Part shown: positions 23,301 to 36,427 of the stretch, piece after piece
Position numbering within the stretch: the stretch's first letter is position 1
Layout of the letters: each line of letters begins with the position of its first letter
NCBI GenBank assembly: GCA_946965045.2
Contig: OX337238.1
Span: 1,736,001-1,800,000, forward strand
Direction of reading: 5' to 3'
DNA: 64,000 nucleotides
Source: Epithemia pelagica
Lineage: Eukaryota > Protista > Bacillariophyta
Made by a program: the position numbers and the translations under genes
Notes under the pieces: generated by a model
Databases searched by the model: none
Told to the model about the DNA's origin: nothing
Seen by the model: the letters and a program-made list of their open reading frames with translations, nothing else

Positions 23301-26300
23301 GGTTCGATGAAAGCCATTCTCACATGTCTTGCATTGCAACAGACCACTCATGCCATGGAAGAAGCAGATCTGCTTGCAGACACGGTTGTTATTATGCGAA
23401 AGGGTCAAGTTGCCGCTAGTGGTTCGCCTTTACAGCTCAAGGCCGAGCATGGCTCATCTTTGCAATTAACTCTTCTCGTAGACCACGAGGATGTAGATCG
23501 TACCATCGATCTGATTCGTGAACGGTTCAAGGGGATGGAAGAATGGGTCGATATCCAGTCCGTGGGCACCGGCAATGTAACAGTTACTATATCTAAAATC
23601 CAAGGCGAGGGGTCTGATGGAAACTCAGTCAATGGTGATGGCGTGGATGTGGAAACATTGGCTGGGTTTGCGTCGTTTTTGGAAAGCAATGAATCTAGAG
23701 TACGAGAGTACGGATTTTCAAATAGCTCCCTGGAAGAAGTATTTCTCAAAGTGACTGAAGGAGACGAGGAAGATGAATCAGATGAGAGCAGTGGAGACCA
23801 AAACGACGAGTCCAGCAACATGGTAACGTCTGATGTCGAAGCTGGAACTAATGCTGTTTCACGATCAGTCGTTCTTGATGATCAAGTGGATGGAATTGCG
23901 TCGTTTACACCCAAGCTTTCGGTGAGAGGGCAGTTCAAGGCTCTTCTGAAGTTCATGGTTATTCGAGATTGGACGGGGAAAAGTTCCATTGGAAATTGGG
24001 TCACACACGGCGTCCTTCTTTGTTTATCTGTGCTGCTGTCTGTGTATGCAACAACAAACAAAGATCCAGCCTGGGTGCTTTCAGTGATTGCATTCACATT
24101 GTCGGTCACGCTTTTGACCATGGGAATACCACTATACTACGAACGATACAATGGCCTTTTCTACTTGACAAGGGCCCAGGGGATGCTCAAGAACGCGTAC
24201 ATTCTCTCTCAGGTACTCTATTCGTACTCACTCTCCTTCATATTTACATTTATTGTATTATCTTTGGTATTCGCAACGCCATTGTTCCGAGATTATGAAG
24301 TCTGTGAAGAGAACAAAGCTGGGTTTGAATGCGTCTGGAAGTATGGAGACCGCGTCCAGCTCAACTGGCCAGGCTCTCTAGACTGGTGGGATGAATTTGA
24401 GGGTAAAAACGTCAGACTCTTCGCTCGACGCACTCCAGGGCACTACGGTCTCATTCTCGGCATTGTCGCAATCTTCCCCTTAATATTACCCGGAAGTGTT
24501 TTTGCGAGCTCACATTTTCCAGGTTTCAAGATTGCCATTACGGTCTTAACAATGATTGTTCTAGGTGTTAGTGTGGCGCCTCTGATCATATATGCTTCCT
24601 TCAATGGGCAGAGTGATGAAGACCTTTAGGAATGCAAGTGGGATATCTGCAACACGACATTCTTCGGCAATGAATCTTCGCTGGACGCAGAGGAGTTCCT
24701 GAATTGTGTTGGGCTTCAAGTGAACGAGGGTCAGGTGGGGGCACTGTGCGTGCCCACAGCTGCAGGCCTGCTTCCACAAGCAGGAGTCTTTCAAACTTTG
24801 TACATGGCGATCATGTCCGACGTAACTTTCTATTCGGAGCCACCGGGGTACGTCGAATCCAAACTCTTGCCGTTGTTTACAGGGAACTACGATTGTAAAG
24901 GTTCAACGTGCCAGTTTCCGTACGCAAGAGAACAATACAGCGGGTATATCGGATACATGGTTCTAGGGTTTGTGATTCTTTCTGTTCTTGGTCTTTTGAT
25001 GCTTCTGGTTTTCTCTTTCCCTGATAAACGAGTCTTACAGTGCAAGTCGTGGGTGCGCACTGCCTTTAAAACCGTGATGCACCCCCTTCAACGTAAAGCT
25101 CCTTCCAGCGACGGGAGAAAAGATGACGAGAACACAATAGATATTTCAAGGGAGGTCCAAGACGAGATTCAGGTTGTTGAGGATATGGTTGGACCCTTTG
25201 TTGTAACAGAAGATAGAGGGGCCAATGGAGTTGCGGCAAGAATTCCAAATCTGGACGCCGTCCCGCGTGATGAAATACCTGCGATCGTCGCCTACAAGTT
25301 GCGGAAGGAATACACGTTGCCTGGAGGGTTCGGAACTAAGGTCGCGTTGAAATCACTGGACTTGCACGTACCAAAAGGTCAAGTTCTTGGCTTGCTTGGG
25401 AAAAATGGAGCGGGAAAGAGTACAGCACTAAAGATCTTTGCAGGAGGACATGAAGCAACAACCGGCGTTGCGTTGGTAGCTGGCTATGATATTGGTCTAG
25501 AGCAGATTCAAGCATTTGAACGACTTGGAAACTGTGCACAATTTGATGTTATATGGCCATGGGAGACTATCAAAGTACATTTGGAGTTCTTTGGCGGACT
25601 AAAAGGTTTGCCGAAAGACCGCCTCAGTAAGATTGCACATGCAGTGGCGTCATCCGTCGGCCTGGGGTCTCCGGAAGTATACAATCGACGGGCGGGGGCG
25701 CTCTCCGGAGGTATGCGTCGTCGCCTTTCCATTGCTATATCCTTGATTGGTGCCCCAAGTGTTCTTCTTCTTGATGAACCGAGTAAGTTCACATATTTCA
25801 AAGAATCGTATGTTCTTGTCTCGTGATATTTCGACACGATGAACTAATCATCTCCTCTTTGCTTGTCGTTTATCGATTTGCCAGCTACTGGCTTGGATCC
25901 ATCAACACGAAACAGTATCTGGGACCTAATTGCATCCTTTGCGACTACAGATCGCGCGATCATTATCAGTAAGTGTATCCAGCTTATCTCCGTCGAACCT
26001 GTGATTGTTGCTTTGTGCTAACTTGATTGTATTTGGCGGGAAATCAGCCACACACATGATGCTAGAGGCCGACTCCCTGTGCAATCGGATAGCAATCATG
26101 ACAAAGGGTTCCTTGAAAACCATCGGAACACAGCAATGGCTGAAAGACACGTATGGTTCAGGTTATTTGTTGCAGTTGAACTTGACTCACAGTGATGAAG
26201 ACACTCAGGATCGTGCATTGGAATTTGTCCGCGCCAATTTGCATCCCAACGCGACCATCCTCTCCCGGCAAGCAAAAACAGTACACGTTGCGTTGCCCAA

Positions 26301-26448
26301 GAGCGGTGGTGACGCTGGCGACGTGAGTTTATGTGATGTTTTTCGTGTTCTTTACAGTGACAAGAGATTCAAAGAGGGCCAGATAAATCAATTTCTGTTT
26401 TCTCAGTCGTCTTTGGAAGACGTCTTCATAACTTTGGGAGACGACTAA
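20309..26448 (+). pseudogene. Full-size ABCA-subfamily transporter, multi-exon, with an apparent frameshift (~22140) and in-frame TAG (24627-24629)
   Basis: Two NBDs: LLG|HNGAGKTT...FSGGMKRRLSVA...LDEPTTGMDP and GKNGAGKST...LSGGMRRRLSIA...LLLDEP|TTGLDP...TTHMMLEAD. Membrane segments and GT-AG introns (first at 20612-20727). The frame continues after the TAG into ORF 24720-25826. Confidence 0.85.
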
Positions 26449-27237
26449 AACTGCGTCGGACTGAACAGTTTCATCTAGCGAAACTCGGTGTTCTTGTAAT
26501 GTTCTGGAAATCAAAATGCTAGCAAAGACGAACAATAGCATGGATGCTTCTGCCACTTAGATACTAGATGCATGGTCGGTCTATGAGAAGGCAGAAACAG
26601 GAGTACTGATACTTTGGGGTGCTTCGAAGAGTGACATACTGAAAACTCTGCCAAAGCCGTTCGCACATATGATATGCTTCTGATCTCCTGTGTCTAGTAG
26701 CGGTCAGGAGTACAACTTCGAATACAGGAGACATGTGTCCATTGGCTGTATATTCGAATCATTTCTAGCCAACTTATGTTTTGTCGCCCTCCTTTAAATC
26801 ACGTTGCTAACATCCTGCGCCTATGGGGTCTCTCTTGTTGTCACACACTTCAGCTTTTTTAGCTCTTTGACCAGCTCTCCTTTCCAACAATCTCTTTGTT
26901 GTGAAATCACCATCTGTCTCCTTGACGTGTGTTAGTCCCGCATGAGAAGAATTCCCTGTCATTCGCGGGCGACAGCGCGACACGGATCGCGAGTCCACAC
27001 GGGTCGCGTACTCTGCGCTGCTGAGTCCCAGAAAGACTGGGAGGAGGAGAACAAGATCAAGCTCTAATTAAGCCTATCAAGACCAAACCTGTCAACCGAG
27101 TCGTGGTCGGCGCGACCGCACATCTTGCGTCTGGGTTTCCGGCGGGGGAAGTTCAGTTTTTGTGGAAGATATCGACTCGTCCAGACTTGCTCTGGAGAGT
27201 TCCAAGAGCAAAAGAGCAGCCATAAAACCGGAAGACC

Positions 27238-28557
27238 ATGGGATACAATCGTGAGAATACCATACCGCCGCAGTGTTCATCTCCCTTGCCTTGCCTGCAG
27301 CGAGATTTTCCCAGCAACCGTACTGAAGAATGCAACCCATTGCAGTGCCCAGTGAGTGCGACTGATCGAGATGCCATCGATGCCACCACGACAACATCCA
27401 CCAAATTCCCGTCCTTCTTGTTCACCAAACCGTTCCACAACAAGGAAAACAATGGACGCGGACAATGCCTGGACGACGAAAAGATGGCAAAATCTGCTCA
27501 AATTTCTGCAGCACGAGACATGACGGACCAACAAGTACATCCCAAGAAACGACACGAAGAGCGACAGAGGGGACCACGAGACGTGCTCTGCCATATATGT
27601 GGTCGAAAGTATACCATTCATTCCATTGGAATTCACGTTGCACAGTGCGAACGCTTGTGGGAACAACGGCAAGAACAAGAGTATCAACAGCGCGCAGTAA
27701 TTGCCAAGAACGGATACAAATTGAAACCAGTCCCTCAGTTACCCGACAGCGTGACAAAGGTACCGCCACGTGACATGACTCCAAAGCAGTTGGAGGAACG
27801 AAATGCAATGGCTATGCAGGTGTACAACGATCATGCATTGGAAAAGTGTTCGTATTGTCACCGAACCTTTTTGCCTGATCGACTGCAAGTCCATTTGAAA
27901 AGTTGTGCGCGTCATCACCAACGGAGTAATCCAAAGAACCACTCTCCTCGCTTCTCCAATACAGTTCAGCCCTCTCAAGGGTCTACGTCAAGGCCAAAGT
28001 CGGCCATGGATACAAATGACTTATCCCGAGGTTTTGTCCCGTGTCAACCAGTCTACGGGGGAAACTCACCAGCCCTGGCTCCCGAACCCAAGCATACAGC
28101 TCTGTGTCACATTTGCGGTCGCAAATATACCATTCACTCCATCCACATTCATATTCCTCAATGCGAGTACTTGTGGCAAGCCCGACAAGAACAGAAGGGC
28201 AACCGAGATACTACTGGTTCAATCTCTACCATGCCGCAACCTGGCAAACCAGTTCCTCAATTGCCAGTGCAGTTCCGTCACCCACCACCAACTAATACCA
28301 CCCATCACGAGACTGGAGATGAGTTCAGTGCGACCTTGTTTTGGAAGGAACGAAATGCCATGGCACAACAAATCTATGAAACCCATACTTTGATCCCATG
28401 TCACTGTTGTGGACGAACCTTTTTGCCGGATCGATTACAAGTTCACTTACGAAGTTGCGAACGTCATCACAACAATAAGCACCTTCATTCAAACAGTTGT
28501 CGGAGTCCTGGTCGCAATGCCACCAAAAGTAGGCACCAACAGAATCGTAAACACTAA
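27238..28557 (+). CDS. C2HC-type zinc-finger protein (ZC2HC1-like) with four fingers
   Basis: Two repeats of the pair CHICGRKYTIHSI.IH..QC and C..C.RTFLPDRLQVHL.SC. Confidence 0.85.
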   Translation: MGYNRENTIPPQCSSPLPCLQRDFPSNRTEECNPLQCPVSATDRDAIDATTTTSTKFPSFLFTKPFHNKENNGRGQCLDDEKMAKSAQISAARDMTDQQVHPKKRHEERQRGPRDVLCHICGRKYTIHSIGIHVAQCERLWEQRQEQEYQQRAVIAKNGYKLKPVPQLPDSVTKVPPRDMTPKQLEERNAMAMQVYNDHALEKCSYCHRTFLPDRLQVHLKSCARHHQRSNPKNHSPRFSNTVQPSQGSTSRPKSAMDTNDLSRGFVPCQPVYGGNSPALAPEPKHTALCHICGRKYTIHSIHIHIPQCEYLWQARQEQKGNRDTTGSISTMPQPGKPVPQLPVQFRHPPPTNTTHHETGDEFSATLFWKERNAMAQQIYETHTLIPCHCCGRTFLPDRLQVHLRSCERHHNNKHLHSNSCRSPGRNATKSRHQQNRKH

Positions 28558-28961
28558 AGTTAAAATCGACTGGCACTGAAAACACTGCTTTAATGGTTCA
28601 AAACAGCGTACCATGGTTTCCACATGAAACATGGCCACACGAAACGGAAGAGCGTCTGCAAAAGAGGGACCCATACCCATCTGTCTGCGTCTGCGGTGTG
28701 TCATCATGGTCATAGCTCGCAGGAGTCTGCAGAGATTCAAGATTATATTATGTTGCACTCGGCACAACGGAATAAGAATGGAAAGGAACATGCGAATGTG
28801 TGTTATTGGCTCTGCGCGAATGCACTGACGTGGCACTATTCACGCGTGCAATGCGCGACTTGTAAAAACAAAACACACCATCGTTCTCACAAAACTAGGA
28901 GTAGCAATCAACACAATCAAAGCAGAACAACAAAGCTCTTACTCTTTCCCCACACAAAGAC

Positions 28962-29995
28962 ATGACTTATCCATCCAAAACTACGACATCCAATTCCTCC
29001 AAAATGAAAGCCATTGCCATTCAAGAAAAGAAAAATGTTTCCGTTGTCGAAATAGCTAAACCATCCCTTCACGACAAACCTGATTCCGTACTGCCTTGGA
29101 AGAAATCGTCAATAAAACCTTTACAGGCATCATGGTTCACGATCGATCGGCGAAACCGTTGATTCCAGGATATCACTTTTCGGGAACTATTCAAGCCGTG
29201 GGATCCAAGGTTGCCAAGGACGACTTTCACGTGGGTGATTCGGTATTTGGCCATTTGCAATACACCCCATTCACGAAGCAAGGTTCATGCAGCGAGTATG
29301 TGGTCGTCCCCAAGACAGACTTGGCCAAACTACCATCGTCGTACAAACACTTGTCCATGAAGACTGCAGCAGCCTGTACCACTGAAGGAATTACCGCGTT
29401 GCAGGCTCTGCGAGATTTGGGTCAGGTACAGGCCAAGGATTCGGTACTCATTGTGGGTGCTTCCGGAGGTGTGGGATCCATGGCCATTGGTATTGCCCAT
29501 CAATTACATGCAGGAACTGTTACAGCAGTGTGCAGTTCCAAGGATGTTGCCAAGGTCAAGGCCTTGGGTGCCAACAAGGTGATTGACCGTACCAAAACCA
29601 CACTGCAATCCCTCAACCTAGACAATCAATCTTACCCTTCCAGACACACCTTGTACAATGTCATTTTCGATGCCTCAGGAAAATACGAATTTTCAGACTT
29701 AAAGCACTTGCTGGCGCCCGGTGGTCGCATGGTTTCGACAGAAGTCCATATCGACTCAATGTTGTTGGGAAGTTGGTGGTATCCTCTTGTCTGTTCCGGC
29801 AAGTCGTCCAAGTTTATTCCCTGTCACGCCACCAAACAAGACTTAGAACTCGTGGCTCGTTGGGTGGAGCAAAAGTCGGTACGCGTATCAATCGACTCGG
29901 AGTTCAAGGTATCCGATTTTGCCAAGGCATGGGAACGTCAAAACGATCGAAACAAGAACGGTCGGGTCCTGATCAAGGTTCAAGGTGGTTGGTGA
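28962..29995 (+). pseudogene. Zinc-independent MDR (quinone-oxidoreductase/RTN4IP1-like) oxidoreductase, copy 1, frameshifted
   Basis: PGYHFSGTI.AVG, GASGGVG and GRVLI motifs. A 31-nt deletion near 29090 relative to the copy at 58931 splits ORFs 28962-29162 and 29096-29995. Confidence 0.85.
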
Positions 29996-30332
29996 TTGGT
30001 AACACACATCCTTCTCTTCGATGGTGCGATCACCGTTGAAGCAAGATCTTCATAAATAGAACTGAGTAGAATATTCATGCCATATAAACAAAAATGAGTC
30101 CTTCAGCAACACACACAACTTTGTTGTTACTTTGGAAAAACACTGGCAATCTAGTCTCAAGAGACATGAATGTGTTACCTTGATTCGAAGTGCCAGAATG
30201 GTAGTTGTCGCATTCTCACTGGTTGTGGGTGGCCTTCAAGGTGGAGTATATGGCATAGAACCAGAGATGGCCTATCCTGGGAAGGGAAGTATGGTGGTCG
30301 TGAATGGATATTCGCCCACTGGGTAGAATACG

Positions 30333-30600
30333 ATGATAGAGGATCAAGTGAAGACATTATATCGCTTACATCATCGATTCAGAGGAACACAGGATCCAGT
30401 GACTGATGAGGGAATGCACAACTCTCCGTCGATTAACTTGTCAGATGTGCTCTGTTTCTCGCTGGATTACAACCAGTGTCAAGGTAGGAAAGAGACAGAC
30501 TCGATTACCAGCACCGCAATGATGGGAATCACCTTGGCTTTTGCGATACTTCATGAATTGATTGGCTTGTATTGGGTCCAAGTCATTCCCACGGGGGTAA
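30333..30600 (+). pseudogene. Orphan ABCA exon fragment 1
   Basis: NLSDVLCFSLDYNQCQG.KETDSITSTAMMGITLAF..L..L.GLYWVQVIPTG followed by GTAAG. Matches the ABCA exon at 22150-22340, including the splice-donor position. Confidence 0.7.
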
Positions 30601-30963
30601 GTTTTCATTTCCTGGTCTTTACAGATTAGGCATATATCCCTCACCAACTGTCACCTCCGGCCCAGAATGTACCAGCACAACCATACTACTTCCTTGTTAT
30701 ACGCGTGTACTGGAACAAAGCCAATGAAACGCAACAGCGGCTTCATATCCCAGTGCAGAAATGGGCGTGACCTCGAATTTCCTGACCAAGTTCATGATTG
30801 GTGTTTAAACTCATCTCGTGGACAAGTCGACTTTCCGACGTCACTTGAGCTTCTGTGGTGTTATCCTGTGCTGACATTGTTGCCTTTTTTGCATTGCGTT
30901 ACAGACAACACAATCAGCGCTCGATGCAGAAGAGCTTGTCACGCGCGTGTTCGTCCATAATCA

Positions 30964-33292
30964 TTAGCTGCTTTGATGAACAGTTTGTTTCTTCTTCCAG
31001 TTCCGCCAGGCGTCAGGGAACATATCGTCGGGAACCCGCATATCGTGGCGAAAGGCATTCTCCAAAAACAGGTCGGATGTGTACGGTTTGTCTTGAAAAT
31101 GAAAGACTTGTTTAGGGCGGTTGCTCCATATACCACGACGAGGCCGACTCCGTTCCTCCCACACATAGACCGTGTACCACACCTCAGGTCGGGTTGTAGT
31201 TGTCGTATTGCCTCGCTTAGTCGTAGTCGAGGCGTTGATAATTTCGCAAAACCAATAGTCTGCGTCTTCTCGACTGTACTTTTCTAGGTCTTTGTCGAGA
31301 GTACCATTTTGGTAGCTTGGTAACCACCGATGTCGCTTGGCAAAGTAGTCATTGCATGTCAAATCTACATTGGGCGGAATGTCAACCATCTTGTGTTCCT
31401 CAATACGCGTTTTGAGTTTTCCCGTCTTCCAGGCCCGATTCATGTCATCGGCACTAATGTACGTGTCTGCTCCCGTGACGGGTTGCCAGTTTTGAATGTG
31501 TCGTTGCCATGCTTGTTCCCATTCTGGACCATAATCCAAAAAAACTTCGTCGCCTTTGCGAATTGTTTTGGTGGCAACAAGTTCAAAGGCCAATTTGGCG
31601 GCCGAGCCCGTCTCCAAGGACTCGACGGACCGGTCAAGCAAGTGCGGTTGAAAGGTTCCCCGTTTTGGATCGGCCCATTGAATCTTGACGTTTGCTTGCG
31701 TCTGGTTGTGATTGCTATGACAAGAATAGTGGACGAGTCCAGAATAGTGGTGAGCCTCTACACTTTTGTTTCGCAGCAGACAAAGACCAGGGCGACCACG
31801 ATGCACTTACATGTACCCAACCATGGGAGCATAGGGACACAACAAAAGTGAACTCTCGCCATGACCAAAACAATAATTGAGCAAGAGTTGAGGGGGTAGA
31901 GGCTTGTTGAGATTCGGTTGCTTGTGCCTCGGTCCCTCCATAATGTGCATGTTTAATCGTGATCGATTCGTCAAGTGAATGAGTGGCATGGCAGCCACAG
32001 CAGTCCCTTTTGGCAAGTCTCGACTGGCAAAGGCACCCCGTCCCGCTTGCGGCAATGTGGATGGTTGGGGCTCGAGGTGATCTCCACACGTTCCATGTTT
32101 TTGAAACCATTCCGTGGTCCGAGTTCCTTCCTGTCGACGCAGTTCTTTGAGTGTCTTGCCCTGCTGCAATTGAACCAATTCATTGGGATCATTATGATGA
32201 AAGCTTCCAAAGACACGCGAGGTTCGATTGAATGCGCTGTGTCGGACAAAGGTATCCCACAAGTCATCAAACACACGAGACGAAACCGTGTTTTGCTGTT
32301 TTTGGAGTTTGGCAAAGCGTTGAAACAAGAGATAGGCACGATCGAGATCGTGTGTGAGGGGCACGGGGCCTAATTCCGGTCGACCTGTATTGCAAGACAA
32401 CGAAAAGGAAAATCAAGAAAAAGTCTCGCGTCAGTACAATTCTGCTGATATCGTCAAAGAAAGGATGCAACTCGATTGCGATATTACCTTGAAACCACCG
32501 TGATCCGTAATAGAGATAAAATTCTTCGCCTGCCTGAATGTTGCGAGTGGCGGTGGAGAATCGATCAAAGTAGGGCGTAAAGGCCCCGGCACCAGGATCC
32601 TTGGATCGATGCAATCCACTGGCATCGCGTTGAGTGGAATGCTCGTCGACATTGGTGAGCGCGTGAAAGGCATTGGGAGTGGCACCAAACCCGGATACGG
32701 CACCATCAACATCATGATACCCTTCATGGCTCATATCGAGGGTTTCACCCTTCCAAATGTACTCATCCCACAAAAAATCGAAGTCTTCCTTGTTGTTTTG
32801 ACGTACCAAATCGACAATGGGGACCGCCACATCACCCGTTCGTTGCAACTTGTCTCCTTTCCGATACGACTTGCCGGCATACATGCCCAAGCCGGCTCCT
32901 GGTAAGACGGAAGGAGCCACCCAAATGCCGCAATCCAATACAACTGGTTGCGGATGCGACAAAGCATGACTACTGTTTCGTGCCTGGTTGTCACTGAATG
33001 AATTTCGAGCAGCGTTGGTGGTGGTCGTACGCATCGAAGGGATGGATGGAATTATCGTCTTTCTTTCGGAGTTGTTGTTAACACGTTTGTTTATTGGGAG
33101 CTGACCCGCAGTGGAAGGAATTTGTTTCTGAGTGTCCTGAGGACGCGTCGCTTGAGACTCTTGTTCTTGAACCTGATCTACTGCTTTTCGATGAATGCGG
33201 CATGTTTGGAGTAAACAGTATCCAATCAGGAATGCAAGAATCAGGCTATGACTTCGCTTTATGGAGGTGCCTGGTCGGAAACAAACCATCAT
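30964..33292 (-). CDS. Double-SET-domain membrane-anchored protein (diatom BacSET-like), copy A, 709 aa; exons 33292-32488, 32384-31811, 31714-30964
   Basis: N-terminal TM segment. SET1: CGIWVAPS..PGAGLGMYAG...GEEFYLYYG. SET2: PQAGRGAFA...GYINH...GDEVFLDYG. Exon lengths sum to 710 codons with no internal stop. Confidence 0.85.
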
Positions 33293-33889
33293 GGTGTATG
33301 CATCCAATATTCAATGTCTGCTTCGATATTCCAGGTTTAGGAAGGGAAAGTTTTCAGTCTAAATGTGGTGCACGTGCACTTTTGCCTATGTCACTATTAC
33401 TTCCACGACCAAATATGTGCTGACTCGCGCTATATTATGTGACATGCACGGGATGAGTCACGCCAACCAGTCGCTACAAATTCTCAGTTTGTCACAATTT
33501 GAAAGCTTTCTCATTTCATCAAAGGTCAGTGCAAATGAGACGGAACATATGGTTTGGAGAGAGATATGAGTCTAAAAGCTTGAGGATCCAATCCAGAGAG
33601 TTTAGAACTGCAGTGTTGGTTGTGGTTGCTTCCTTGTGTTCGAACAAAGAACATTATGTCCTAATGCCCAACTTACCACAATCACAGGGACCGACAAATG
33701 AACCGAATTGACCCTGTGATCACATACTACAATTGGCCATATGAAGCACTGTCGGGATCAGATTCGGGACTCCACGCCACTGCTCGTATGCATTCGTGGT
33801 GGTCGTCGTCCGCAGTGGTTTGTTTGAAGAAAGCACTCGCGAGGAATGACCTCTCGATTCCTTGTCATGCAGTTTCTATCAAGTCGTTG

Positions 33890-36276
33890 CTACCGAGATG
33901 GAGATACCAAGTTCCTCCATGCCTTGGGGAACAAGTCATTCGGAATCCGCATGTCATGGCGAAAGGCATTGGGCAAAAACAAGTCACTTGTGTAAGGCTT
34001 GTCTTGAAAGGAAAAGACTTGAATGGGACAATGACTCCAAAACTTTGTCTTCTTCTGTTTCCCCTTCTCTTTCTCTCCACGTGGTCGTTTCCTGGAAACT
34101 TGTACCTTGTAACGAATTTCGGTCGTGTTGTTGCGGGATACCATGGTGGTGGTGTTGACAATGTCGCAGTACCCAAACGTGGCACGGTGTTCAGCATTGT
34201 ACTCTGCCAAATCCTGCTCCAAGGAGGAGGAGCCATCCGCACTGGATCCCTGCCACTCGTATTCGAAAAAGTCATTGCACATCAAGTCTACATGGGCGGG
34301 AAGTTTGGCAGTTGGGTCCTCTCCAGAGGATGGGTCCCATGAAAAGGTCCCCTTCTTCCAGGCCATGGTAAGATCCTTGGCTGTGAGATAGTCGGCTGCT
34401 CCCGTGACGGGCTGCCAAGTTTGGACGTGGTCTTGCCAGGCTTGTTCCCATTCGTCTCCATAATCCAAAAAGACTTCTTCGCCCTGACGAATGAGTTTGG
34501 TCGCCACCAGTTCCATGGCCAATTTGGTGCTACTCGTAAACTCTTTCAAGTCATCTATGGAATGGTTCAGGAAGCGAGGTTGAAAGTTGCTTCGTTTTGG
34601 ATCAGCCCATTGTAATTTGACATTGGCTCGTGTCTGATTGTGATTTCTACAGCAGTATCGAACGAAAAGAATAGAGAGTGTGAGAGGAGACAGCGAGAAT
34701 GAAACTTCTCTTTGTGGATCACTGTTCTTGCTGGACCATTCCGCACATGCACAAAACTCACATGTAGCTTGAAATGGGACCATACGGACACAGCAAGAGC
34801 GAACTCTCGTTATGACCAAAACAATAATTGAGCAAGAGTTGAGGAGGTCTTTTGATAGGAGAATCGGCATCTTGTTCTGGTTCTTCCTGGAAGGGATCGA
34901 ACCGGTCCCTGAGGGACCGATTCGTCAAGTGAATGAGTGGTAAGGCAGCCACCAACGTCCCTTGCGGCAAATCGCGACTGGCAAAAGCTCCACGTCCCGC
35001 TTGGGGCAGTGTCGAGGGCTGGGCCTTGAGATGATCTCCACAGGTACCATACTCGTTCAACCATTCTGGAGTTTGCGTGGCTTGTTGACGACGAAGTTGT
35101 GTCAATGTGGTGTCGCCCCGCAAGAGTTTTGGTAGTTCGGTAGGATCGTCATGATGAAAACTGGCCAAAACACGCGAGGTTTCGTTAAAGGCAGTGCGTC
35201 GGACAAAGGTATCCCATAAATCGTCCCAAATGTCAGAAGAAACGGTCGGCATGACCTTTCTCCAATGGGTAAAGGAACGAACCAAACCTGAGGCACGATT
35301 GAGATCATGTCCCAAGGGAATGGGACCCAGAAAAGGACGGGCTGTAGAGTAGTAACCAAACAACAAACAGAACACCGACACGAATCGTCGGACCACATAG
35401 GACAGGATATCATAATAAGAACATGTGACGAAGGAGGCAAGTAAAGAAAAACAAGAACAAGATGAGAGAGATTTTGTCGTGTAGGCTTGTTTCTCTCCAG
35501 TATCAGTAGAGACAGTTTCTTGTCGTCATACCTTGAAACCAATTAGAACCATAAAAGAGGTACAATTCTTCACCGGCTGAAATCTTTTGAGTGGCAATGG
35601 AGCTTCGATTCACATAGGGGGTAAAGGCTCCAGCACCCGGATCGGTGGAATGATGCAACCCCAAGCCGTCCTGTTGAGGTGCCTGTTCGTCGACATTGAC
35701 CAAGGCATGAAAGGCATTGGGAATCGCACCTATTCCTGGTACCAATCCATCCACTTGATGCAAACCTTCGTGTTACATGTCTAAGACACGCCCAATCCAT
35801 TTGTAATTGTCCAGGATATCCAAGGATGATTCCTCTGGACGATAGTTGTGGCTGTGTTTGAGATCAATGAGAGGAATGGCCAAATCTCCCATGGATTGCA
35901 AGAGAGTCCCTTTCTGGTAGTCCTTTCCCGCATACATGCCTAATCCAGCACCTGGCAAAACAGACGGTGCCAACCACAAACCACATTCCAACTGTGGTTG
36001 TTGCTGGTCTTGTTCTTGCTGGTCTTTTGCTGGTTGCTGCTCTTCTGGTGTTGTCGTCGTCGTCGTTGTTGGATAATGGTCGTCGACCCATTCGAGAACG
36101 GAGGAGGATGGGGGTGGAGTGCATTCACTTGATTCAGCATTTACCGAATGCGCAGAGTCAATCATGGCATGCTGATGCATAACAACTGTTTGAATCAAAC
36201 AGAATCCAATGAGAACGGCCAAAACAACAATGAGTCGAGCCTTGCGGTAGTGTTGGACTGCCAAGCACCACAACAT
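33890..36276 (-). pseudogene. Double-SET protein copy B with in-frame TAA (35773-35775); exons 36276-35532, 35341-34762, 34646-33890
   Basis: Same motifs and intron positions as copy A. Reads RVLDM*HEGLHQVD where paralogs have LDMSHEG / LDMTHEG. Confidence 0.8.
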
Positions 36277-36427
36277 TTTTTGGTAAGTGTAACTCTTGAT
36301 TTCAGTCTCTAGTTGGGGATTCACAAAAGAAGAAAGTGTCTCTCTCTTTGTCTATCTCGTCGTCTTACGGCAATATTGGATATATTGTGAACATTGGACA
36401 GCTCCGACAACAAAGATTCTCGCTCAC

